IMG/VR virus record: IMGVR_UViG_3300038679_000359 | Location: 1 to 30,901 of that record | DNA length: 30,901 nt | Strand: one strand, 5' to 3' | Origin: a virus | Lineage: Duplodnaviria; Caudoviricetes | In this document: positions 18,231-26,352 of the stretch, piece by piece | Layout of the letters: the number at the start of each line of letters is the position of its first letter | Numbering within the stretch: the first letter of the stretch is position 1 | Made by a program: the position numbers and the translations under genes | Notes under the pieces: model-generated | What the model saw: the letters and a program-made list of their open reading frames with translations, nothing else | What the model was told of the DNA's origin: nothing | Database searches by the model: none

Positions 18231-18261
18231 TACACCTTGATGAACTATCAAAATATGTCAA
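18231..18261 (-). promoter_or_regulatory. Putative moron 1 promoter (TTGACA-N21-TGTA)
   Basis: TTGACA at 18261-18256, TGTA at 18234-18231. Confidence 0.55.
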
Positions 18262-18282
18262 TACTAACCTGTGGAGCATTCA

Positions 18283-18690
18283 ATGAACAACGTCGACAAA
18301 TTTATAGCTGAACGTGATAAATTGTGTGCTGTCCTGCAACCTATTGTCGGGGATAATATCCAGTTCAATAAGGACATCATCCCCAAGAACTTTCCCTGCG
18401 CCATTGTTATCTTAGACACAGAGGTCGGAATCAGACCCACCATCAGCAGGTTTACCTCCACTCTCATTACATGGACAGTCTATCTGATTACCAATGCCCA
18501 CGAAGTGGCTGATCCTGATTTGGCTATCTATGTTCTCAAAGATAAGTTCAGAGAAATTTATCAGACCCACTTCAATAAAGACATTCCCTCTGTGGAGTAT
18601 TACACATCCAGAGTGGATGGCACCCGACCAGTGCGCATAGCCAAGCTGAACGTCACACCGCAGCAAAGCCTGTCCGAGAGTAAGGTTTAG
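18283..18690 (+). CDS. Putative tail terminator/completion protein
   Basis: GGAG SD; IPKNFPCAIVIL motif; size and position. Confidence 0.5.
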   Translation: MNNVDKFIAERDKLCAVLQPIVGDNIQFNKDIIPKNFPCAIVILDTEVGIRPTISRFTSTLITWTVYLITNAHEVADPDLAIYVLKDKFREIYQTHFNKDIPSVEYYTSRVDGTRPVRIAKLNVTPQQSLSESKV

Positions 18691-18696
18691 GTTACT

Positions 18697-19875
18697 ATGA
18701 AAGTAATGCGGATAGGCAACTACAATGTCGGCATCAGTTCCACTTCTGATCTCTTAGATACCAAGTACAAACCTGATGCTGTCGACCTTTCCAAATGCAA
18801 ACGAGTCGGCAAACGATTGATCTCCAAAGAAGCCGAAGCTAAGAAGCTTGTAGCCCAACCATATGCCATGAGCAAGCTCTTAACCTTACTCGATACAGAT
18901 GAGTACCATGCCGGTTGTGTGGATGCCATTACGATGGCAACTGTCCTGCAATTCGAGTGCAAGAACTCTTCTGTCAATGCCTGGCTTACTTCGGCTGAGT
19001 TTCCCGGTACGGAAGACCCGGCCACTATCCTGTCTGAACTGGTGAAATACTATATCTCATGTGGAAACGGCTTCCTGATTAAGATGCGTAATCCCAAAGG
19101 AGAGTGGGTAGGACTGGAAAGACTATTACCCACAGAAGCGCAGATCGTGGAGAAGCATGATGAGTTCGGGTTCTTCAGACCTGACTATATCCAAGTTAAG
19201 AATAACGTCAAACAGGACTTTGCCAATACCGATATCCTCCACTTTCGCAAGAGCACCCACAAATCCAATGCATGGGGATTAGCCTGTTTGCCAATTGCCA
19301 TCAATGTCGAGATACTCTCCGAGATCAAGACCTTCGACTATAACAACTTCAAGAACGGTCTGATGATCGATTACTTCGTGATTGTGGAAGGTGGAACGCT
19401 CAGAGATGGCACCGTAACAGATGAGCAGGGCAATGAAGTGATGACCGATGCATATACTGAAATAGAGAAGGCATTGATCGATGTCAAAGGCAATGGCAAA
19501 AGCCACAGCACCGTACTGATTGAAAGCGAAAGCAAGGATGTGCATATCCGGCTTGAGCCTCTGCGTCAACAGGACAGAGAAGGTGGTTTCCTGTCACTTA
19601 AGAAAGACCTCAGAGAAGGCATCTTTGCCTATCACAGAGTGCCGGCCCGCATCGTATCCCAATTAATACCAGGACAACTGGGTGGTGATAACAAGAGCGA
19701 TATGCAGATGTTCCACCACTTCGTAATCCGACCCATTCAACAGAGATTGGCTCTCATCCTCTCCAAAGAGTTCAACCGCGAATACCGGTGGAATGTAACA
19801 CCTGCTGACTTCAACTTCGGTGATCTGACCAGCCTGTTTGAGTCTGCAGATGAGAAGCTATTTAATCCTCGATAG
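18697..19875 (+). CDS. Portal protein (PBSX-family-like)
   Basis: YISCGNGFL, NNFKNG, IFAYHRVP, VIRPIQQRL portal motifs. Confidence 0.85.
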   Translation: MKVMRIGNYNVGISSTSDLLDTKYKPDAVDLSKCKRVGKRLISKEAEAKKLVAQPYAMSKLLTLLDTDEYHAGCVDAITMATVLQFECKNSSVNAWLTSAEFPGTEDPATILSELVKYYISCGNGFLIKMRNPKGEWVGLERLLPTEAQIVEKHDEFGFFRPDYIQVKNNVKQDFANTDILHFRKSTHKSNAWGLACLPIAINVEILSEIKTFDYNNFKNGLMIDYFVIVEGGTLRDGTVTDEQGNEVMTDAYTEIEKALIDVKGNGKSHSTVLIESESKDVHIRLEPLRQQDREGGFLSLKKDLREGIFAYHRVPARIVSQLIPGQLGGDNKSDMQMFHHFVIRPIQQRLALILSKEFNREYRWNVTPADFNFGDLTSLFESADEKLFNPR

Positions 19876-20314
19876 TTAAGCACTCGTCAATAACAAGAAA
19901 AACACCTTCCGAAATTTCCTTTACCTCAAATGTAGGTAAATAATAGTTATATTGAGTACAAGCATCGTTTAACCAATACAACCAATTGTCAGCCTCTTCT
20001 TCATTGTCAGTTGCAATTGCAAAGGCACCTATCAGGAATTTTTGACTTTTCAGAGCTGAAGCAAGGATTTTTAAATACCTATCAATTCTCTCGCATGTCT
20101 GTGCATTAGAAGTCGTTTCATTTGGACTATGCTTTGCATCCCCAACAAATATATTCATATCTACAGACCTATATGCCACATCGGGGTCTGATCCAGTTGG
20201 AAACTTCACTTTAATAGTATAGTTTAGACTCTTAGCAAAGTCTCTTAATGTAAGGCGTAACATCTTATGATTTTCGCCTTCGTTGACCTCTGTTAAAACC
20301 TTTGATTTTGCCAT
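19862..20314 (-). CDS. Moron 2: PD-(D/E)xK nuclease-like protein
   Basis: AT-rich, antisense, GAGAGG SD before ATG 20314; E..H ... PDV......IFVGDAK motif. Confidence 0.6.
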   Translation of the reverse strand: MAKSKVLTEVNEGENHKMLRLTLRDFAKSLNYTIKVKFPTGSDPDVAYRSVDMNIFVGDAKHSPNETTSNAQTCERIDRYLKILASALKSQKFLIGAFAIATDNEEEADNWLYWLNDACTQYNYYLPTFEVKEISEGVFLVIDECLTIED

Positions 20315-20353
20315 GATAGACCTCTCTTTATAACCCATATTTATTGGATAAAT

Positions 20354-20384
20354 TACATAAATTAGCAGTTTATCCTATTGTCAA
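20354..20384 (-). promoter_or_regulatory. Putative moron 2 promoter (TTGACA-N21-TGTA)
   Basis: TTGACA at 20384-20379, TGTA at 20357-20354. Confidence 0.55.
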
Positions 20385-20438
20385 TAAACATATCAATACT
20401 TAGTCGTCTGATTACACACTTTCCTTCTTAAACGTACC

Positions 20439-20504
20439 CAAGCCGATTTGTCAGCATCACTCTCTCCAATAAGCTGCTCCTGTATGATAAACGCTATACA
20501 GGAG
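20439..20504 (+). promoter_or_regulatory. Putative late promoter motif plus RBS-sequestering hairpin before protease-capsid gene
   Basis: CAAGCCGATTTG-TCAGC-ATCAC; stem CTCCTGTAT/ATACAGGAG covers the AGGAGG SD. Confidence 0.65.
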
Positions 20505-20509
20505 GTACA

Positions 20510-22258
20510 GTGAATATATTCGGGACCAAAAGAAAACTCATCCAAAAGGGTGAACTGCGTAATGTGGAAGTGGAGCTTGTCTCACTGCTGTTTGCCGACA
20601 TGACCCCGGCTAATCAGAAAGGCTTTGTGGTCAAGTCTGCACAAGGCAGGAGTTACGAGCATAAGATCAACTCAGTCAAGTTCAAGAGCGAAAAGACCGG
20701 AACGCAGGGTCGTCTGTATGTCACTCTGATGGAACCTGATAACAAGGACTCCCAAGGTGACTTCTATTCCCGTGATGAAATACAGAAAGCCTGTGACCAC
20801 TTTGCCAAGCATGGTCTGGTCGGCAAGAACGATGTCAATCACAACCTGAGCCCGGTGCCGGAGTTTACCGTCGTGGAAAACTACATCCTCAAAACTGCTG
20901 ATAAAGAGCATTTCCCTGACACCAAGGTCGGTGCCTGGGTGCAAGTCCTCAAGTGCGAAGACCTGTCCTCTGACCTCTGGCAGAAAGTGGAAAAGGGCGA
21001 GTTCAACGGTGTCTCCATCTATGGCAGAGCCGATGACTATGGCGATACTCAAGCGGTCCTGAACGAGATCAAAGCTGAACTCAACACGCTCAAGAAAGTC
21101 GCAGAGCATAACAACAATGTTGAGTTGGAAAAGGGTATCAACTCTATTACTGACCGGATAACTGAACTGGAGAAGGGAAGCTCATCCGGTGGTATCGTAG
21201 TTACCGATGCTATCAAAAGCATTGAGAAGAGCCTGAAAGACCTCTCGGTCTCCATGAGCAAAGCCATTTCCAAGTCCATACAGGGTGAGCCGGATGACAA
21301 TACCCATACCACTGATAGGGAAGTGATGATTGATGGCAATAAGGTCATTGTCAAAGCTTCGCACAAGGAAATCTACAAAGGCATCTCAGATGTCGATTCC
21401 GGCAGTGCCATGAACATCCTGACTGCCAATACTACTTCCCTGTTCATTGATGAAGTGGTGGGAAGCCAACCCGGAGACACACTCAGTGATATCTCAGTTC
21501 TGCCTCTGTTGAAAGATGAGAAGATTGATATCGGTCTGGTGGATGACCTTGTTTTCAAGAATGCCTTGGATGGATCCTTAACTGCTCAGAACGTGGCAAC
21601 TGCCGATATCTCCATCACCACCGGTATCCTCAATGCCGAGTTCACCTTGGGCAGAGATGTGGTCGAGTTCTATAAGGACAAGTATGGAGAAGAAGCCTTT
21701 GGTGCTTATGTGGAACAGCATATCGCCAAGAAAGCTGAGAAAGCCATTCGTCTGCTTCTGTTCAAAGGTGACAGAGCTTCTGCCACTGCCAAACTCAAAG
21801 CCTTGGATGGCATCATCAAACTCGCCACCACAGCCACTGATGTGACCAACCTCTCCAAAGCCACTTATGATGTCTGGAGTGAACGCTTCGAAGCTGCACT
21901 TCTCTCATTCACAGATGAGATGCTGGAAGAGCAGGAGAACTTCAAGTTCTATGTCAGTCAGAAAGACCTGATCCGTATCCGCACTGAGCTTGCCAAACGT
22001 GAGACCAATGAAGGCGACCGTCTGCTGCTGGAAGGCGGCAAGGTATCCTTTGCCGGTATCCCGGTCAAAGCCAGACTTATGGCTGATGACTATATCATCG
22101 GTGGACTCACCAAGTTCATCATCATCGGATATCGTACCGATGCCGAACTCAAAGTCGAACACCACGGTGCCGACTGGAAGTATCACTGGTTTATCCGCAT
22201 CCGACCCGGTATCACCTATGTGTCCGGCTTCGTCAAAGTGTTCAAACTGATAGCTTAA
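20510..22258 (+). CDS. XkdF-like prohead protease fused to major capsid protein
   Basis: DSQGDF..EIQKA, GAWV, LWQKVEKGEFNGVSIYG protease motifs; coiled-coil linker; C-terminal capsid-like domain (LLFKGD, LDGIIK, FAGIPV). Confidence 0.8.
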   Translation: MNIFGTKRKLIQKGELRNVEVELVSLLFADMTPANQKGFVVKSAQGRSYEHKINSVKFKSEKTGTQGRLYVTLMEPDNKDSQGDFYSRDEIQKACDHFAKHGLVGKNDVNHNLSPVPEFTVVENYILKTADKEHFPDTKVGAWVQVLKCEDLSSDLWQKVEKGEFNGVSIYGRADDYGDTQAVLNEIKAELNTLKKVAEHNNNVELEKGINSITDRITELEKGSSSGGIVVTDAIKSIEKSLKDLSVSMSKAISKSIQGEPDDNTHTTDREVMIDGNKVIVKASHKEIYKGISDVDSGSAMNILTANTTSLFIDEVVGSQPGDTLSDISVLPLLKDEKIDIGLVDDLVFKNALDGSLTAQNVATADISITTGILNAEFTLGRDVVEFYKDKYGEEAFGAYVEQHIAKKAEKAIRLLLFKGDRASATAKLKALDGIIKLATTATDVTNLSKATYDVWSERFEAALLSFTDEMLEEQENFKFYVSQKDLIRIRTELAKRETNEGDRLLLEGGKVSFAGIPVKARLMADDYIIGGLTKFIIIGYRTDAELKVEHHGADWKYHWFIRIRPGITYVSGFVKVFKLIA

Positions 22259-22319
22259 ACAAGCAAACAAGTAAACCAGCAAACAAGATTAAAAGTATAA
22301 AAGCATTAAAGCAATAAAG
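22257..22319 (+). repeat. Short A-rich 8-bp periodic repeats
   Basis: AAACAAGC/AAACAAGT/AAACCAGC/AAACAAGA then AAAGTATA/AAAGCATT/AAAGCAAT. Confidence 0.7.
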
Positions 22320-22367
22320 AAAGCTTTAAATAAAGAAATATTGAAAACCACATAACAAGGAGACAAC

Positions 22368-22712
22368 ATGGACTTTATCACAGGAAATCAGCAGTTCGTA
22401 ATCGGAATTGCAGCTACTCTCATTGTCTGGGTCATTGCCAAGCTTACTGGCAAGACCTTGGACAGAACCAAACTCTCGGCAGCCCTTGCCACCATCCTCG
22501 ATATCATTCAGGATATCAAAACCAACCCCTTAACCAAAGACTTGGACGACTATGCCAAGAAGCAATTGGCAGTTGAACGTACAGCCAAGTCTCTGCCTGA
22601 GAAGCTTACCAATATAGTACTCAAAGCCTTCGGAACCATCGGTGGAGCTATCGAGTACGTCTTCCACAACAAGAAGTGGCTTTTCTCTGCCGGTACAGCC
22701 GTAAAGGGCTAA
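22368..22712 (+). CDS. Holin-like membrane protein
   Basis: AAGGAG SD; N-terminal TM FVIGIAATLIVWVIA; basic C-terminus. Confidence 0.5.
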   Translation: MDFITGNQQFVIGIAATLIVWVIAKLTGKTLDRTKLSAALATILDIIQDIKTNPLTKDLDDYAKKQLAVERTAKSLPEKLTNIVLKAFGTIGGAIEYVFHNKKWLFSAGTAVKG

Positions 22713-22766
22713 TATGCAATGCCGGATAATCCTGAAAACCCACCACCCCTTGAAGGAGGAGAGATC

Positions 22767-23303
22767 ATGCCGTTAACCACTCCACTGTATCCCACCGGTA
22801 CTCTGCAGACTGACTTGGACTTTGCTGCCCTGATGGACAGCATGGTAGCCGATAAGATCTTCTTTGGCTTTGGCAAGTATGCAGCTTCCGAAGCAACCAC
22901 TGCCTATGCCACCCAGACTGCTCTGACCACCGAGACAACCTCCAATATGGACAGTCTCGGAGAGTTGGCAGAGAAGCCGGGCAAGGCAGATTCCAAAGTC
23001 AATAAACTGAAGAGTCGCAACTACCTGATACCCGGCAAGCGTACCAACACCATAGAACTGACTATCATTGGTCTGCAGGTCAAGCAGAAGAACTTTCTGG
23101 AGAGCAGAGCCTTCTCCGGAAGAGATGTCACGATTACAGTAGTCTCCAATGAGAATGACCGGGCTGTAGTCTTTAATGGCATGCGTTGGGCAGTGGAATG
23201 GTCAGGTGAAGCTGACGGCATGTTCAGTGTGGTTATCTCCACTGAATACTCCGGAGCGACCAAAGACCGCATCTTCCTGTTCAAGGACATTCCGTTATCC
23301 TGA
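22767..23303 (+). CDS. Probable major tail (tube) protein
   Basis: GGAGG SD before ATG 22767 (track start 22719); beta-rich, upstream of the chaperone; no sheath gene seen. Confidence 0.55.
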   Translation: MPLTTPLYPTGTLQTDLDFAALMDSMVADKIFFGFGKYAASEATTAYATQTALTTETTSNMDSLGELAEKPGKADSKVNKLKSRNYLIPGKRTNTIELTIIGLQVKQKNFLESRAFSGRDVTITVVSNENDRAVVFNGMRWAVEWSGEADGMFSVVISTEYSGATKDRIFLFKDIPLS

Positions 23304-23330
23304 TAACCAATAACATCGAAAGGAAACAAC

Positions 23331-23534
23331 ATGAGCGATTGCCAGTGCAAACCTGAAATCAAAGACAAGATAGACAGTGTGCATGTAGAGATCTATGGCA
23401 ATGGCGACAGCAATAAATCCTTAGTCACCCGCATGGCAAGAGTGGAGACGAACATGAAACTGCTTCTGGGCGTCTCCACTACCCAATTCTTCATGCTGGC
23501 AGGGATCGCCATTAAGATGCTCTTCAACCTGTAA
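23331..23534 (+). CDS. Small coiled-coil plus C-terminal TM protein
   Basis: AAGGA SD; IYGNGD..SLVTRMARVE then a hydrophobic tail. Confidence 0.6.
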   Translation: MSDCQCKPEIKDKIDSVHVEIYGNGDSNKSLVTRMARVETNMKLLLGVSTTQFFMLAGIAIKMLFNL

Positions 23535-23559
23535 CGTAGAAACAAACAAGGAAAACACT

Positions 23560-23910
23560 ATGATAAAAGAACCCAAACTCACCTACAGCCAACTCCGGCA
23601 AATCCTGAGTCTGGTCTTAACCAATAAAGGTCTCAGAGCCAAACTGGAAGACTTCCTCTCCGGCAAGCTTACCAAGTTCTCGGAACTGGAACTGCTGGAC
23701 ATGATTCAAGCTTCCGAAGCTGATAAAGACCTGATCCGCATCCTCTCCAGTCTCGAACCGGATGAGATGGATGCCATTGAAGCTTTGGAATACATCTCCG
23801 CTTTTTTCGCCTATATCAGAGCCAGCAAAGAGAAGTGCAGCAGTTGGCTCGCAGGTTTAGGTTACGCAGTGAAGACCGGGAAGACTACTCCTACGAGAGG
23901 TTCGAAATGA
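23560..23910 (+). CDS. Tail assembly chaperone (gpG-like)
   Basis: AAGGA SD; contains slippery T TTT TTC at 23802-23808. Confidence 0.75.
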   Translation: MIKEPKLTYSQLRQILSLVLTNKGLRAKLEDFLSGKLTKFSELELLDMIQASEADKDLIRILSSLEPDEMDAIEALEYISAFFAYIRASKEKCSSWLAGLGYAVKTGKTTPTRGSK

Positions 23911-24011
23911 TCATCAGGAAGATAGGCTTCACCACTGACGACTTCGACCAGTTAACTTTGCCTGAGCTATACTTAAGGCTGTGTATAACACTCAACCAAG
24001 GGAGAAAGTAA
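23560..24011 (+). CDS. Tail assembly chaperone -1 frameshift product (gpGT-like, ~150 aa)
   Basis: -1 frame open from the slippery site to TAA 24009-24011, ending IGFTTDDFDQLTLPELYLRLCITLNQGRK. Confidence 0.75.
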
Positions 24012-24775
24012 TGGATGCGCTGATTGCTTGGATAGGTGGCAAGAGACTGCTTCGCAAGGAAATAGCCAAGTATGTGCCAACTGACATTACAGGCTTCATT
24101 GAACCCTTCGGGGGTGTTGCCTGGGTGATGCTCTATAAAGAACGCTGGGCGACCTTGGAAGTGTATAACGACCTCGACAACCGTCTGGTCAATCTCTTTA
24201 TGCAAGTCAAGTTCCATCCTGAAGAACTGATCCGTGAACTGGATATGATGGTTACTTCCAGAAAGCTGTTTATGGATATTATGAAACAGGAAGGTCTGAC
24301 AGAGATACAGAGAGCAGCCCGCTTTATGTACCTAATCTCTCGCTCCTTCGGTGGCAAAGGTGACAGCTTCGGCACTTCTCAGAAGCAAGGCACCAGCAGT
24401 CTGTTCAACCGCATAGACCGCATTAGGGAACTGCATAAACGTCTGGATAGGGTAATCATTGAGAACCTGTCTTATGAGCAGCTCATTACCAAGTATGACA
24501 CCAAAGCCAACTTCTTTTACTGTGACCCTCCCTATATGACCGGCTATACCTATGACAACTCCAAGCAGTTCAGTCATGCAGACCTGCACAAGTATTTATC
24601 CAACCTCAAAGGCAGGTTCATCCTGTCTTATGATGATGTGCCGGAAGTGCATGAGCTGTATAAAGGCTATCACATCAAACACGTGACCCGCATCAAAGGG
24701 ATCAACCGCAAAGAAGGCAAGAACGAGTATAACGAAGTGCTGATTGCCAACTTCCCTTTAGTGGAGGTTAAATGA
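24011..24775 (+). CDS. Dam-family (D12 class) N6-adenine DNA methyltransferase 1
   Basis: WIGGK, EPFGG, YNDLD, DPPY, FILSY; GGGAGA SD before ATG 24011. Confidence 0.9.
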   Translation: MDALIAWIGGKRLLRKEIAKYVPTDITGFIEPFGGVAWVMLYKERWATLEVYNDLDNRLVNLFMQVKFHPEELIRELDMMVTSRKLFMDIMKQEGLTEIQRAARFMYLISRSFGGKGDSFGTSQKQGTSSLFNRIDRIRELHKRLDRVIIENLSYEQLITKYDTKANFFYCDPPYMTGYTYDNSKQFSHADLHKYLSNLKGRFILSYDDVPEVHELYKGYHIKHVTRIKGINRKEGKNEYNEVLIANFPLVEVK

Positions 24776-25548
24776 ATAGCATAATCTCTTGGGTAGGTGG
24801 CAAGAGACTGCTCAGAAAGAAGATACTTCCTCTCATCCCCAAGCATGACATGTACTGTGAAGTGTTTGGGGGAGCAGGCTGGATATTGTTCGGCAAGACA
24901 GCCATTAAGGAAGACTGGCAGTTGTCCAAGCAAAGCAGATATACGGAAGTCTATAACGACATCAATGGTGATCTGGTGAACTTCTGGAGATACATCAAAC
25001 AGCACCCGGAAGCCTTCGTTGCTGAGTTAAATCAATACTTAGTCTCCAGAGAGTTGTTCGGGGAGTTTGCCAAGCATGAACCCAAGACAGAACTGGAAAG
25101 AGCAGTCCGCTTCTACTTCCAGTTATCCTGCTCTTACGGATCAAGGTCAAAAAACTTCTGCATCATGCAAGGTTACAAGTATATGCCATTGCGTCAACTG
25201 GAGAAGGTCAAAGCAGCTTCAGAACGTCTGCAGAATGTAATCATTGAAAAGCAGGACTTCCAGAAGATACTCAAGCGTTATGACACACCCAATACGTTCT
25301 TCTATCTGGACCCTCCGTATTACCTGCATGAGCATTTGTATGACCGGGAGGATGCCGAAGTGTTTACCAGGCATGAAGAGATGGCAACCCTACTGAAGCA
25401 GATTAAAGGTAAGTTCCTGCTGTCCTATAATGATGACCCTTACATCAGAGACCTGTATAAGGACTTCACTATAGAGGAAGTGGAAGCGCAATACACTGTG
25501 TCGGGCAGTTTTCAGACAGAGATAGAATTACTGATTAGGAATTATTAA
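24772..25548 (+). CDS. Dam-family (D12 class) N6-adenine DNA methyltransferase 2
   Basis: WVGGK, EVFGGAG, YNDIN, DPPY, FLLSYN; ATGA-coupled to MTase 1. Confidence 0.9.
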   Translation: MNSIISWVGGKRLLRKKILPLIPKHDMYCEVFGGAGWILFGKTAIKEDWQLSKQSRYTEVYNDINGDLVNFWRYIKQHPEAFVAELNQYLVSRELFGEFAKHEPKTELERAVRFYFQLSCSYGSRSKNFCIMQGYKYMPLRQLEKVKAASERLQNVIIEKQDFQKILKRYDTPNTFFYLDPPYYLHEHLYDREDAEVFTRHEEMATLLKQIKGKFLLSYNDDPYIRDLYKDFTIEEVEAQYTVSGSFQTEIELLIRNY

Positions 25549-25551
25549 TGG

Positions 25552-26292
25552 TTATTCTGGAAGAAGATTCTGTTTTATGAAGTCTAACGAGTGTTTATAC
25601 TTAGATGCAATGGATACTGTATGTTTAAGATCAGAATATATACCAAGTAATTCAATTACTTTTTCTTTATTCTTTTCGACTGTTGTGGATTTATCAACCC
25701 AGAGGTATGCATACTTACACAAATTGGGAATATCCTTTTTGAAGGGTATCTTGCTGTATTCGATGAAGCGATCTGTCATACCTTTTATTAAACCGTCACA
25801 ATCACCTTTTTCCAAAATCAGTTTTTCCAGAGCATACTCAGCACTCGGAGATAATATGATACCTATCCAATCAGTAGCCTCGTACCATTCAGAAACTTCA
25901 TCTAGTGCATGCCCCATGATGATATTTTGTTCAGTACTATAAGTAAATTTCCCATAGCTTATAGCACCTCTAAAAAACACCTGATTTGATTTTATCTGGG
26001 AGTAAAAGAAAGTGTCGATTAATAACGGTAAAAAACACAGTAAATACTTATCATCTATCCGATCTGTTTCATTTAACGAAACGCATACTATAAGAGTATC
26101 TGATAGGCAGATAACGTCGATAGTAACAGCTTGTTTTAGCCTTTCTTCTATTAAGTTTTTCTGGTTGACAATACTAGTTTTGATGGTATTCCATATATCA
26201 AAAAAGTCGTTACCTGTCTTTTTCGATACGAAATCACGAAAGCCCAGTACATCAAGCATCATAACATATCCGTGTTTCATCTCTGAAGGCAT
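25552..26292 (-). CDS. Moron 3: class III nucleotide cyclase-like protein
   Basis: AT-rich, antisense; MLDVLGF, LSDT, FRGAISYG, GHAL, IILS motifs. Confidence 0.7.
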   Translation of the reverse strand: MPSEMKHGYVMMLDVLGFRDFVSKKTGNDFFDIWNTIKTSIVNQKNLIEERLKQAVTIDVICLSDTLIVCVSLNETDRIDDKYLLCFLPLLIDTFFYSQIKSNQVFFRGAISYGKFTYSTEQNIIMGHALDEVSEWYEATDWIGIILSPSAEYALEKLILEKGDCDGLIKGMTDRFIEYSKIPFKKDIPNLCKYAYLWVDKSTTVEKNKEKVIELLGIYSDLKHTVSIASKYKHSLDFIKQNLLPE

Positions 26293-26315
26293 ACTTACCT
26301 CTAATAGCTTTTTTT

Positions 26316-26345
26316 TACACGCTTCTGAACTTCTTAAATTGTCAA
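26316..26345 (-). promoter_or_regulatory. Putative moron 3 promoter (TTGACA-N20-TGTA)
   Basis: TTGACA at 26345-26340, TGTA at 26319-26316. Confidence 0.55.
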
Positions 26346-26352
26346 TACTTTT

